A DNA stretch of 63,172 nucleotides, the filler included, from Octopus bimaculoides (Eukaryota), in the NCBI RefSeq assembly GCF_001194135.2. It is 3 parts of 3 records of this genome, joined end to end, with 100 filler letters (N's around TTAATTAATTAA, not from the genome) between each part and the next. Parts side by side here need not be neighbours in the genome. Positions count along the whole stretch, not along the records: positions 1 to 29,388 come from NC_068987.1; positions 29,489 to 53,972 come from NC_068986.1; 1 more part is not named here. One strand, written 5' to 3'. The notes beneath the pieces are model-generated. The model made no database searches, was not told the origin of the DNA, and saw only the letters and a program-made list of their open reading frames with translations. The translations under genes were made by a program, and so were the position numbers. This document shows positions 26,590 through 38,229 of the stretch, one piece after another; the first letter of the stretch is position 1; each line of letters begins with the position of its first letter.

Positions 26590-27060
26590 CCGTGGCACCT
26601 ATTCAGACAACGTAGATTTGATGGAAAGAGTGTGAGCTGATGTGTGGCACATACATTTGATCACTATGAAAGAAAATATCTGCACAGCTGACAACAAGGT
26701 ATGCCATAAGGTAGAAAGAAAAGTTGATAGATATGACAGGTTAGTTTGGGAGGTTAAGCAGTTGTTGTCGATGAAAAAGTGGTAGTAGTATGAATAATTG
26801 TTGGAGCCCTGGGAACAGTGAGCAAAAATCTTGAGAAGTACGTGGAACAAATAGGGGCTACAATAAGGGTGGAGCACTTGCAGAAAACAGCACTGCTTGA
26901 AATCGCTCGAATACTCCGGAAAGCGCTCGAAAAATAAGAGGTGTTATCTTAATTCACTGGTAGTGGACAGCTGACACTGTAGTACATCTCCAGCGTTAGA
27001 AGCTGTCCATAATAATAATAATGATAATAATAATAATAATAACAATAACTAATGATAATG
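26590..27060 (+). mobile_element. R4/Dong-like (restriction-like endonuclease) LINE, 3' end with (TAA)n tail
   Basis: IIVGALGTVSKNLEKYVEQIGATIRVEHLQKTALLEIARILRKALEK* (stop 26935-37) is the typical RLE-LINE C-terminus, followed by a short 3' UTR and (TAA)n. Confidence 0.8.
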
Positions 27061-28769
27061 NNNNNNNNNNTTAGAAGCTGTCCATAATAATAATAATGAT
27101 AATAATAATAATAATAACAATAACTAATGATAATGAAAAAATACGAAAGGAATATTACAGAAGAATACAACTCATACTAAAAGCTGAACTCAACTCCAAA
27201 AGTCGCATCGAATAAAGTTTTGCACATGACTGACAGATCCGGTCTCTGGACTAGATATAAAGACGTAGAAACATTATACTCATCATCTGATGGCGTCATT
27301 CATAGCTCACCTTGGTTAGTTCCCACACAGGTTGTCAATAAAGAGAATTTCTTTTCTGAATGGTTTACTCTGTCGATGGTGCTTCCCTGTTTATATGAAT
27401 GTGCTAAATGTGCGCAACTTCACTGCGGCAAAGTACAGGTATTTTTTAAGTCGTTACATGGAATAGACTATAAGAAAACAGACAGATATGCATTTTGATT
27501 ACTGGAAATTAAATGAAACACTCGAATGCATGGGTAGCAACATTTTGCTAAATATGGTTCAGACTAATTACATCTTAGTAGTATTTTATGATTACCTAAC
27601 GAAATACTGTGTCCTTGCTAGCAATTAATATTTTACGTACCAGTTTTCTGATGCGTAAATTTGTTTATCCAATTGTGTGATATTGCTATACTTAGATATT
27701 AAAGCAATGTGTTCATAGACAGTTAATGGATTGGATGTTGCACTCATGAAAGAGCAATAACCCTCAAAATATGCATATACACTCTTTAATTATCTTTCCT
27801 ATCTTCAAGCGCATTGTTTACACAGACGTATCCGTATAAGAAACGTCGTTATCCTTGCATTGAGTTTTATAGAAAATCTATAAAGGTAATCTTACAAATG
27901 ATAGAATCTCACTATGGCAGCAGTAATTGCCTCCTGTCATTGGGTCAACTCTACAACATATTTTAATGCAGCCACTAAAAACTACACGTGACAATGGTTC
28001 AATAAAATCCCCAAATAAACAATGCTTGGAAACCTTCTACTCTCATCCCGGACTGACTAGGGAGATAGACCTTATGTACCTGCTAGAGTGTATATAATGC
28101 CTTAATTTCGTAGTGTTATCCATCCACGGATTTTGAAAGTTGTTTAATGTCCAAGTCTTATCATTCCGCTATTAGAAGTTATCCAAACTCCAAGTGTTAT
28201 TGTTACAGATTCCTTACATGTTCTTTGTATAATTCACTGAGTAACCGTCGGTGATCCTCCTGAAATATGAATTTCTATCTGAGAAGCAGATGAGATATTG
28301 CGAAATACGGGCGAATCATTCACTGAGTGGTACGCAGGTCTATACAGTTGAGGGTGTCAAATAGATCTCCAACGCTTTTGACAATGGATATACTTCAGTC
28401 GTTTAATCAACTGACGTATCTATTCATCGAATGAGCGCCTAAGTGGTTATGACTCTCGAGATGCATGCACTCTTAAGCTCTTGGAACAGAATCAACGTGA
28501 CGGAGTGACAAGAATTTCTTTAAAGTTTCCATCAATTCCATTTTAATCACAAACTGTAGCTGTCGTGAAAGTCACTTCGTGAAGATGACCCGGGTTGACA
28601 TCGAACCGGCAAACTTAGAAAAGAACTGCGTACACATTTGACCATACTGTGTAATAAACGATCGCAGAAGACAGGCAAAATATAACTTTTTACGGATTCC
28701 AAAGTGGTATTTAGAATAGATGTAATTGAAGAGAAAATACCGATACTCAGAGTATACAAAGTCGAAATT

Positions 28770-28806
28770 ATGACATGGAAGCCTTTCCAAATTGAAGATA
28801 TTCTCT
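28770..28806 (+). CDS. Possible first coding exon MTWKPFQIEDIL with an eh1-like FxIxxIL motif
   Basis: ATG at 28770, 12 codons, then gtaagt at 28807-12. Very short evidence. Confidence 0.2.
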
Positions 28807-28901
28807 GTAAGTGGATTGTCTGCAACTAAGCACCACTGTAAAGTGAAAGAGAGAACATGTTGACATATGCATATATTTAAATACACGAACACGCTCACAT
28901 G

Positions 28902-28943
<42 letters not shown>

Positions 28944-28954
28944 NNNNNNNNNNC

Positions 28955-28986
<32 letters not shown>

Positions 28987-29170
28987 ACACGTATACGTAG
29001 TTTCACACATACAAGCAGACAGAAAAACACGTGCACAGGCATGCACATGAGTATCTGCATACATATACGCGGAGTATATTTATCTCCTTGATATTCATAT
29101 GTATATGTGCGCATATATATTTTACAAAGTTATAATATCGAGATACGCAGATATGTAATAATATATATCT

Positions 29171-29214
<44 letters not shown>

Positions 29215-29327
29215 ATATGTATATATATATAAATATAAATATATATATCTATATATAAATATATACAAACATATATACATATATATATGTACATACATAT
29301 ATATACATATGTATACATATGTATGTA

Positions 29328-29388
<61 letters not shown>

Positions 29389-29488
29389 NNNNNNNNNNNN
29401 NNNNNNNNNNNNNNNNNNNNNNNNNNNNNNNNTTAATTAATTAANNNNNNNNNNNNNNNNNNNNNNNNNNNNNNNNNNNNNNNNNNNN
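29389..29488. other. Artificial scaffold-join spacer N44-TTAATTAATTAA-N44
   Basis: Exactly 100 bp, with an identical layout at 53973-54072; the 12-mer gives stop codons in all six frames. Confidence 0.9.
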
Positions 29489-29499
29489 AAAGAGTAAGA

Positions 29500-29900
29500 G
29501 TTCTGTGTTGGCTGTGTAGTTAGGCTGCTTTGAAACCAAGTTATTTCGGGTTCAGTCGTACTGCGCAATATCGTGGACATGTGCCTTCTATTATAAGACC
29601 CAGGCCAACCAGTGAGTGAATATGGTAGGTGGAAACTCTGTGGAGGCCCTTCATGCGTGTGTGTGTGTGTGTGAGAGTGTGTGTGTGTGTGTGAGTGCGT
29701 GTATGTGTGTGTGTATGTGTGTGCGTGCGTGTGTGTGTGTTTGTGCTTGTTATGCCTACTGCTTGACAATCGGTATTGGCGGTTCGGCAAAAGAAATTGA
29801 TAAAATAAGTACGAGATCTAAACAAAATAAGTACTGGGGGCGATTTGTTCGACTAAGACTATTCAAGGGACGCCCCAGTATGGCTGTAGTCTAATGATTT
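29500..29900 (+). mobile_element. SINE family C, diverged full-length copy
   Basis: ggctgtgtagttagg...gggttcagtcgtactgcg...(TG)n...ggcggttcggcaaaag...ccagtatggctgtagtc. Confidence 0.8.
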
Positions 29901-30240
29901 GTACCCAGGACCCTTGTTGCTCCTTCATCTCAATGTCTTCAATATGACTGCCACACAGGATCTCCTTTGGGGAACAACTAAAAGTTACAAGAAGCAAGGC
30001 CTGAGTTGTAGGGAGGACGAGGAGCAGTTTTGATGCGTATCTCTGTCGAGTAGTTGGTTGCTAGGATGAAACTGTAAACTGGTGCATTGTTTTGGTACAG
30101 GTACCAGCGACTCGAGTGCGAGAGCTCTGACCTTTTGCGAGGAAATCTCTTCCTGAACCTCTTCAACGCCTCCACAAAGTACTTTTTATTGATCGTCTGA
30201 CCCAGTGTATGTGGATTATACCCTTACTGCCGAAAAAGAA
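29900..30240 (-). mobile_element. mariner transposase fragment (catalytic region), decayed
   Basis: EALKRFRKRFPRKRSEL...WYLYQNNAPVY...APRPPYNSGLASCNF matches LHHDNAPAH...HPPYSPDLAPCDF. Confidence 0.85.
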
Positions 30241-30312
30241 ACGCGGTGAGCTGTCTGAATCGTCAGTACGCCGGACACAATGTTTAGCGGCATTTCGTCC
30301 GTCTCTACTTTT

Positions 30313-30696
30313 GGAGGCGCAATGGCCCAGTCTTTAGGGCAGCGGACTCGCGGTCATAGGATCGCGGTTTCGATTCCCAGACCGGGCGTTGTGAGTGTTT
30401 ATTGAGCGAAAATACCTAAAGCTCCACGAGGCTCCGGCAGGGAATGGTGGCGAACCCTGCTGTACTCTTCCACCACAACTTTCTCTCACTCTTACTTCCT
30501 GTTTCTGTTGTGCCTGTAATTCAAAGGGTCAGCCTTGTCACACTGTGTCACGCTGAATATCCCCGAGAACTACGTTAAGGGCACACGTGTCTGTGGAGTG
30601 CTCAGCCACTTGCACGTTAATTTCACGAGCAGGCTGTTCCGTTGATCGGATCAACTTGAACCCTCGACGTCGTAAGCGACGGAGTGCCAACAACAA
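30313..30696 (+). mobile_element. SINE family B, full length (tRNA-derived head, (CAA)n tail)
   Basis: A-box-like GGCGCAATGGCCCAG, B-box-like GGTTTCGATTCCC, body shared with 3290-3415 and 24344-24459, ends gccaacaacaa. Confidence 0.9.
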
Positions 30697-32284
30697 GCCG
30701 AAAAAGAGGATCGCCATGAGATTCCCGGCGGACTTGCTTTGCCTAACCTTTTGTGCCAGCAAAAAATAGATGCTCAGCTCATACAAGTTAATCTATAAAC
30801 AGTCTGGAACATTTCATATGGCTCTGCTGTGTTTTTGTCCAGTTTAACAGAAAACTTTATTGCATAGCCAGATTCTGAATTGTGTTCACGTCCCAACTGC
30901 AATCTGCAAACTAGTCAGCTGTGACAAGCAATATTTAGTAGGGTGCTGTTACAGCCGTCTTCTTCAATCTGTAATAACAAAAGTTGGCAGATCAGCTTAT
31001 TAGATGGATAAAATTACAATAATGTAGGACAGTTATGACTGCGTCTCCTAGAAAGGTTTCAAAACTTCTGGAATGCACCGCGTAAAACATAAAAGATATA
31101 CTGTGAATAACCTTAGTCACTCTAATACTTCAACATTGTGAATCTCATTCAATGTGCAGAATATTCAAATTCTTTATTGTTTGTTTAAAATAATCTAAAA
31201 TTTAAATATTTATTTCATTCTGTAATTAAATATTTGCATTTTTTTTTTTGTTATGAAGTTATTTTTTATGTTATTTGATTATTTAATTAATAGTAATTAT
31301 TTCTCGTCTTAAAATTTTGATGAATCATTAAAAAACAAAAACAAAAACAAAAAATCAAAAATAAGCCCTAACTAAATACATTTTATTGCATTTTGGTATA
31401 GTCATGTTTGTTTACAGGTCAATTTTCCAAATTAATAAACACGATTTTAAAAATTTATCTTTCACTTCTTAAATATTCAGATTATTATTAGTATCATAAG
31501 TTTTTGTCATACCACATGAGCTATTCATTGATCTCAACTGTATCTCCGTTACGATCAATGAACAGGTCACATGGGTGTGGCAAAATCCCCGTGATATTAA
31601 TTATTACGGCTAATAATAATTAACGACAGCGAACAGAATATTGAATCCTCCTTCTCTCTGTAAATATTTTATTGAAGGTACACCTGAAATATACAAAATT
31701 TGGCATTTGACTGAAGTTATTGTTTCATAAACAACCAAAAAAATTCTTTTACACTTTTTCCTTATTATTGCCGCCGTTGTTTTTATGGTTGTTATTGATG
31801 GTGTTGTTTATAGTGGTGGTGGTGGTGGTGGTGGTGGTGGTGTTCTTGTAGTTATTCTTGCTTATCCCAATTTCAAACTTGGTTGACCAAACCTATGGTC
31901 AATGGTATTCCAGTCTTGTTTGTCTGGTGCTTATTTTCAGACTGAATGTATCTAAAACTACATTATCCCATCTGTTTCCCAATATTATTAGCTTTGTTAT
32001 TATTATTGTTATTGATGTCATCATTGTCACCATCATCATCTTCGGCGGCAGCAGCAGCAGTATCAGCAGCAGCATACTTCAGGTGTTGACTGGGTAAGTT
32101 TCGTGTACTCTGTATCAAGGTATATGGACATAAGTAATTAGTACCTTCGGCAGAATGTTGGAAGTTCCAAGTATTACCGACTTTTGAAAGGCTTTACAAT
32201 ATAGTAGTTGCAGGAGTTATATTCAACTTGATGATTGGTGTTGCAAACAGACTTGTTAGGAATAGAACCATGATTCTAAATCAA

Positions 32285-32485
32285 TATTGGTTTCAAATTT
32301 TGGCAGAAGGCCATCAATTTCGGGGAGGGATAAGTCAATTGTTCAACTGGCACTTATTTTATTGACTCCGGAAGGATGAAAGTCAAAATCGACCCTGGTG
32401 GTGGTTGAACTCAGAATGTAAAGTCGAAAGAAATGCCACTAAGCATTTTATCTGGTGCAGTAACGATTCTGTCAGTTCGTCGCCT
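32285..32485 (-). mobile_element. SINE family A, diverged copy
   Basis: gaaggatgaaagtcaaaatcgacc...gaactcagaa...cgccttaa. Confidence 0.75.
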
Positions 32486-32572
32486 TAATCTAAACTAACA
32501 TTGGCACAACTTTAGTCCATCGTATTCTTCGGAATATCAATCAATTTTCTCGTGCTTCTTGCTTGCTATGCT

Positions 32573-33043
32573 GGGATCTTGTTCAAAACGGGGGCACCAG
32601 TATTTTCTTAACGAAACACTTTGAAACTTGGGACACTGGTACAATGTGTCATATAAAACATCTTTTTCTCTTAGTCTTCTTAACAAAAAAACGTACATCG
32701 CAAGTTATTTCATGTTAAAGTTGTCGTATTTCTGTAATTTCAACCAATGACTGACGTCTATTCAGCTGATATACATTAAGTGCTGAAGTAATGGAGATTA
32801 AATACGCTTTACACCGCTTAAACTGCCAAAGGAATAAGTGTCAACAGCTGAATACTTGTCAGTGATTGGTTGAAATTATTGAAATAAGACAATTTTTTAC
32901 ATGAAATAAATCCGAATACAAAAATATTTTTCTGTTCTATAACACAAAATAGATAAGTATACGAAGTTCGAAAGTCTTTCGGTACCAAAAACACTACATA
33001 AAACATAAATGAAAACTGGTGCCCCCGTTTTGAACAAGATCCC
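32573..33043. mobile_element. MITE / non-autonomous DNA transposon, 471 bp, perfect 29-bp TIRs
   Basis: GGGATCTTGTTCAAAACGGGGGCACCAGT at 32573-32601 and its exact reverse complement at 33015-33043; no ORF; no clear TSD. Confidence 0.85.
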
Positions 33044-33109
33044 TATACTGCGTTCGCTTGGGATAGCAACATCTATAATGTAACATTTCCGTGCTTCTTT
33101 TTTCTCGAC

Positions 33110-33319
33110 AGTGAGTCGGTAGAATACTTAGCTCATCGGATAAAAATGTTCAGTAGCATTTCTTCCGGATCTTTACGTCTTGAGTTCAAATCCCGTGGAA
33201 GTCAACTTTGTCTTTCATCCTTTCGGAATCGGTAAAATAAGGTACCAGTCAAATACTGGAACTGACTAATTGATTTGCTTCTTCTTTAAAAATTGTCGGC
33301 CTTGTGTCAAAATTAGAAT
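33110..33319 (+). mobile_element. SINE family A, diverged copy
   Basis: gagttcaaatcc...gtctttcatcctttcggaatcggtaaaataaggtaccagt...ggccttgtgtcaaaattagaa. Confidence 0.75.
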
Positions 33320-35921
33320 CATCGTATTCTTCGGAATATCGAGGGCCCTCTGCCAGTCGGGCACTGCAGTCAGTGGATGTTCCACGATAGCATTCTACAG
33401 AGACTTAGTGGTGAGTTAGAGCGACGACATATTCAAGGAAACTCTGGGTGTCGATAAAAGTCAACTTATAGTCTTTTTCCGGAAGATTTTCGGGCCGGGG
33501 CCCATGAATAATTTTCAGAAAGCCCTGACCTGGTTGTGCTGTCGGATGTGGTGGGATATTGCCGGTTCGGGATGAACACTGCAAGCATAGTTGTGCCGTC
33601 ATCCGAACATTTCCGAGATGTGCGGAGAGTGACGAATTCGCCCTGCACGCGATCGCACATATATATTACTGATTAGAGGAGTTCTGTCGAAAATAAGTAT
33701 ATTGTTTATACATATATATACATATAACAAATACATATAAACATATATTGTTACATATAAAATGAAAGTGAAGCGAAGCAAGCCGTTATATAGATATTTA
33801 ATAGCAATATAACTTTAGTATTACTTATGTTGAAAAGAAAAATACTAGAAGTAGTATATTTATCGTTGTTAAAGCAGTAAAATATTAATTCTTAGTAGAA
33901 CGCCGGTAAAGCATGCAACAGTTGAAAATATAAAATTTAAAGAAGACAGCTGTAACAATAGGGGATTAATTTTGTGACAATAATATAATAAATAATAGTT
34001 GATACAGCAGGATGGATGTAATCTGTTTGTAAGATGTGAAAGATGAACAATGCATGAAGTTTTAAGGAAAATATTTATTTACCGTACATTGTATATAATA
34101 CCCTGTCTCGACGGGCAGGTGATAAAAATCCAAAAGCATGCGAAGTAAAAAAAAAGTTAATTTCGGCCTATGTGTTCTTATTGTAGTAGTAAACCATAGA
34201 GAGAGATATGGTAATGTGCAGAGAAGAGAAAGTGAGTTAGTGAAAGTGAGAGTGTGGGATGAAACGACTGCTTCGTTGGCGAGATACCATAGTTGTTGTC
34301 TTTGCCCTTTTCTTTTTGCGTTTTGTTTAGCCTGTCAACCAGACTCCGTTCTCACCAACTGAGTTGTTAGCAACTGACTGATTTGTCACCAAGTGACTGC
34401 TTGGGGTTCTTGCTTTTATAACTATCCAGAAGGATAGACATATCAATGAGAACAATAGATTTAGTTGGTGGTCTTATTATCTTAATTTCTAGCTTTTGGT
34501 GAAATAGAAGAGGTTAGAAGGGTCAAGTGGTGAAGACATTATTTCGGCCTAGCTAAGGCATCTGGAAAATGTAAAACTGCTGTCACTGAAAAGCTATTGT
34601 TCCACCGTGAGAAAAGTTCTGTTAAATTGTTACTTGAAATTTGGCTATGGTGGATCGAATCCACTTCATGCCAGCAAGATCCACTACACAGCTATAAGAC
34701 TAACTATTGCAAAGCAGTTGTTAGCAAAACGTGCATTTAATATTAAAAAAAATAAATAAATAAACACTGAAAAATCAATGAAAAATATTACCAGAAAAAA
34801 TAAAGGAAGAATATTATCAGAAGAAAAGACAAGCTATAATAATATGAGCGAATCCTATCACCGAAAATGTTTCGACACAAAACGTTATCAGTAACTGGAA
34901 CAGGCTTAAAACAAAATATTATTAGTATTAAAGAAGTAGCAAGAAAATACTCACTATTAATAATAATAAATGTGTAAGAAAAATGCGATAAAAATTCACA
35001 CAAATAACAAATGAAGTTGTAGAGACATTCGAACATGAAATGTTTGCCAAGTAGAAATTCAAATGAGAGGTTACCTGTCTTCGTACATGCTCATGAATTG
35101 CAGTCCGGTCATGAACAGTTGAGAACAGCATGAAAAAGGTTACTGTTTATCATTGTTTATATATTACCGGACGTTTATATTGAACATGTACCTTGTAAAA
35201 AAATATTNNNNNNNNNNNNNNNNNNNNNNNNNNNNNNNNNNNNNNNNNNNNNNNNNNNNNNNNNNNNNNNNNNNNNNNNNNNNNNNNNNNNNNNNNNNNN
35301 NNNNNNNNNNNNNNNNNNNNNNNNNNNNNNNNNNNNNNNNNNNNNNNNNNNNNNNNNNNNNNNNNNNNNNNNNNNNNNNNNNNNNNNNNNNNNNNNNNNN
35401 NNNNNNNNNNNNNNNNNNNNNNNNNNNNNNNNNNNNNNNNNNNNNNNNNNNNNNNNNNNNNNNNNNNNNNNNNNNNNNNNNNNNNNNNNNNNNNNNNNNN
35501 NNNNNNNNNNNNNNNNNNNNNNNNNNNNNNNNNNNNNNNNNNNNNNNNNNNNNNNNNNNNNNNNNNNNNNNNNNNNNNNNNNNNNNNNNNNNNNNNNNNN
35601 NNNNNNNNNNNNNNNNNNNNNNNNNNNNNNNNNNNNNNNNNNNNNNNNNNNNNNNNNNNNNNNNNNNNNNNNNNNNNNNNNNNNNNNNNNNNNNNNNNNN
35701 NNNNNNNNNNNNNNNNNNNNNNNNNNNNNNNNNNNNNNNNNNNNNNNNNNNNNNNNNNNNNNNNNNNNNNNNNNNNNNNNNNNNNNNNNNNNNNNNNNNN
35801 NNNNNNNNNNNNNNNNNNNNNNNNNNNNNNNNNNNNNNNNNNNNNNNNNNNNNNNNNNNNNNNNNNNNNNNNNNNNNNNNNNNNNNNNNNNNNNNNNNNN
35901 NNNNNNNNNNNNNNNNNNNNN

Positions 35922-36122
35922 GCAAGGCATTTGGACTTGGCATTAGCCTGGACAAGACTGTTGTAATGTTCCAACCTGCACCAGGAAATCCATATGTGAA
36001 ACCAGCTATCTTGGTTGAAGGAACAATTCTGAAGGTAGTAGACAAGTTTGTCTACCTGGGCAGCACACTCAGCCGTTCTTGCTCCCTGGATGAGGAAATA
36101 TGTTTCAGGTTGCAGAGAGCAA
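35922..36122 (+). mobile_element. RTE/BovB-like LINE RT fragment
   Basis: AFGLGISLDKTVVMFQPAPGNPY...VVDKFVYLGSTLSRSCSLDEEICFRLQRA; begins at an N gap and ends in (ACAT)n. Confidence 0.85.
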
Positions 36123-37921
36123 CATACATACATACATACATACATACATACATGCATACATACATACATACATACATACATACGAATATGTTTTCCACAC
36201 CAACTCTTGATAATCAGTGTTGGTTTGTTTATGACCTCGGCAACTAACAGTTCGGCAAATGACACCGATAGAATAACTAACAGACATAGAAAGAAGAACT
36301 CAGCCTGGTCAAAGTCCAATGACTAAAACAAATAAAGGGCTAAAAAACAAACAAAACCATCATATGCTATCTCCAATAAATTGACATTAAAAATAAAATT
36401 AAAAAAATGTTTCTGGATAACTTTTATAGTGCTATGTATTTTCCAGCGTTGTGTTTATCAGGTAGCAAAAACAACTTGGTTTATGTCATGCTAATGCTTT
36501 ATTGCATGACATAGCCAATTATTTCGTGTTGACATTAGTGTGATGCATTTGTCGTGACGTCATTGTGTGGTTGTTTACAATCTCTTGTATGTACATAGAA
36601 ATATCAACACATCTCAGTTAAGCCCACAGGTGAGAAGAGAAACTTTTCGCATTTGTTTGAGTTGTAGAAAAATAACGACACTAACATAATTTGATGTATT
36701 ACATAAAATGCGTTTTACGAAATATTATTCAAAACGATGGTTTCCGTATTGATAGTCTTGGGAAAAGTATATGAAGAGAAATATGGTAGCTATCATAAGA
36801 CAAGACGTATAGTGGCATAATGTGCATGCGTTAAGGTACATATTAAGTGTTAAGTGTGTGCATATGATATATATATATAAACTTACTTGGAAATGAATGC
36901 GTGGCGTTCAATTAAATAATGGTTTAACGACTCTCTATGTTTGTTTTCTTTCGGTTTCCTTGTAAGTTTCCACAGTCCTGTTTTTGTTCCCTACTTTGAC
37001 CCTCCATAAATTCCAAATTTTATTTTGGTACTTATGGGAGCAACTGTATCGGAAGACTCATATTGTCGTTCAATGCTCGAAATGAGGAGTAGATAGACAA
37101 CCGACACCTGATGAAGGGTCGTTTTTTTGTGTTACTTGTCCTGTCATCCACTGTATGAGTGACTAAGTCACAGTCATCTGCATAAAGGAGGTCACGAATA
37201 ATAGACTGGAGAACCTTTGAATCGGCAGCAAATTGTTAAGTCCTCATTAAAGGCCTGTGATATGCAGGACACTGACTGGGAGAACAACGAGAGAAACAAA
37301 TGTTTGCGTATTGAACTCATTTATTTTCGTATTTCATGTTGTTTACTCTTGGTNNNNNNNNNNNNNNNNNNNNNNNNNNNNNNNNNNNNNNNNNNNNNNN
37401 NNNNNNNNNNNNNNNNNNNNNNNNNNNNNNNNNNNNNNNNNNNNNNNNNNNNNNNNNNNNNNNNNNNNNNNNNNNNNNNNNNNNNNNNNNNNNNNNNNNN
37501 NNNNNNNNNNNNNNNNNNNNNNNNNNNNNNNNNNNNNNNNNNNNNNNNNNNNNNNNNNNNNNNNNNNNNNNNNNNNNNNNNNNNNNNNNNNNNNNNNNNN
37601 NNNNNNNNNNNNNNNNNNNNNNNNNNNNNNNNNNNNNNNNNNNNNNNNNNNNNNNNNNNNNNNNNNNNNNNNNNNNNNNNNNNNNNNNNNNNNNNNNNNN
37701 NNNNNNNNNNNNNNNNNNNNNNNNNNNNNNNNNNNNNNNNNNNNNNNNNNNNNNNNNNNNNNNNNNNNNNNNNNNNNNNNNNNNNNNNNNNNNNNNNNNN
37801 NNNNNNNNNNNNNNNNNNNNNNNNNNNNNNNNNNNNNNNNNNNNNNNNNNNNNNNNNNNNNNNNNNNNNNNNNNNNNNNNNNNNNNNNNNNNNNNNNNNN
37901 NNNNNNNNNNNNNNNNNNNNN

Positions 37922-38021
37922 GAAGAAGAAGAAGAAGAAGAAGAAGAAGAAGAAGAAGAAGAAGAAGAAGAAGAAGAAGAAGAAGAAGAAGAAGAAGAAG
38001 AAGAAGAAGAAGAAGAAGAAG
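37922..38021. repeat. (GAA)n microsatellite at a gap edge
   Basis: Directly visible. Confidence 0.97.
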
Positions 38022-38229
38022 AGGGAGTAGGAAAACAAGAGAAAGAATAATAAAAAATGCGGGAGTGGTATGACAGTAGAAGGATGTTGGTGGAATCCCC
38101 TTAAATGGTCAAGCGACCTAAAAGTCATTTGTGGTTGTAATAGTAGCGATTGGAATTGTTCTGAATAAATTCATGGGTAGTGACTGTTCTGAATATATCG
38201 TTTTTAATATTTGAGTGGGTATTATTCTA

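Noticed and set aside
26997-27134. 64-bp direct repeat either side of a 10-N gap (similarly at 53187-53224)
   Set aside because: Typical overlap of contig ends that the assembler failed to merge.
29433-29444. TTAATTAATTAA island inside N runs, repeated at 54017-54028
   Set aside because: An artificial 100-bp join spacer, not biology. It only warns that adjacency and orientation across these points are uncertain.
30313-30385. tRNA-like sequences (also 24390-24459, 56130-56200, 18698-18770)
   Set aside because: No closed acceptor stem, and they continue into multi-copy SINE bodies; these are SINE heads, not tRNA genes.
37075-37125. GAAA...acacCTGATGAagggtc
   Set aside because: I could not assemble helices II and III in any permutation; at most a truncated relic.
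37922-38021. PolyE/polyK/polyR/polyF ORFs
   Set aside because: (GAA)n microsatellite next to a gap.
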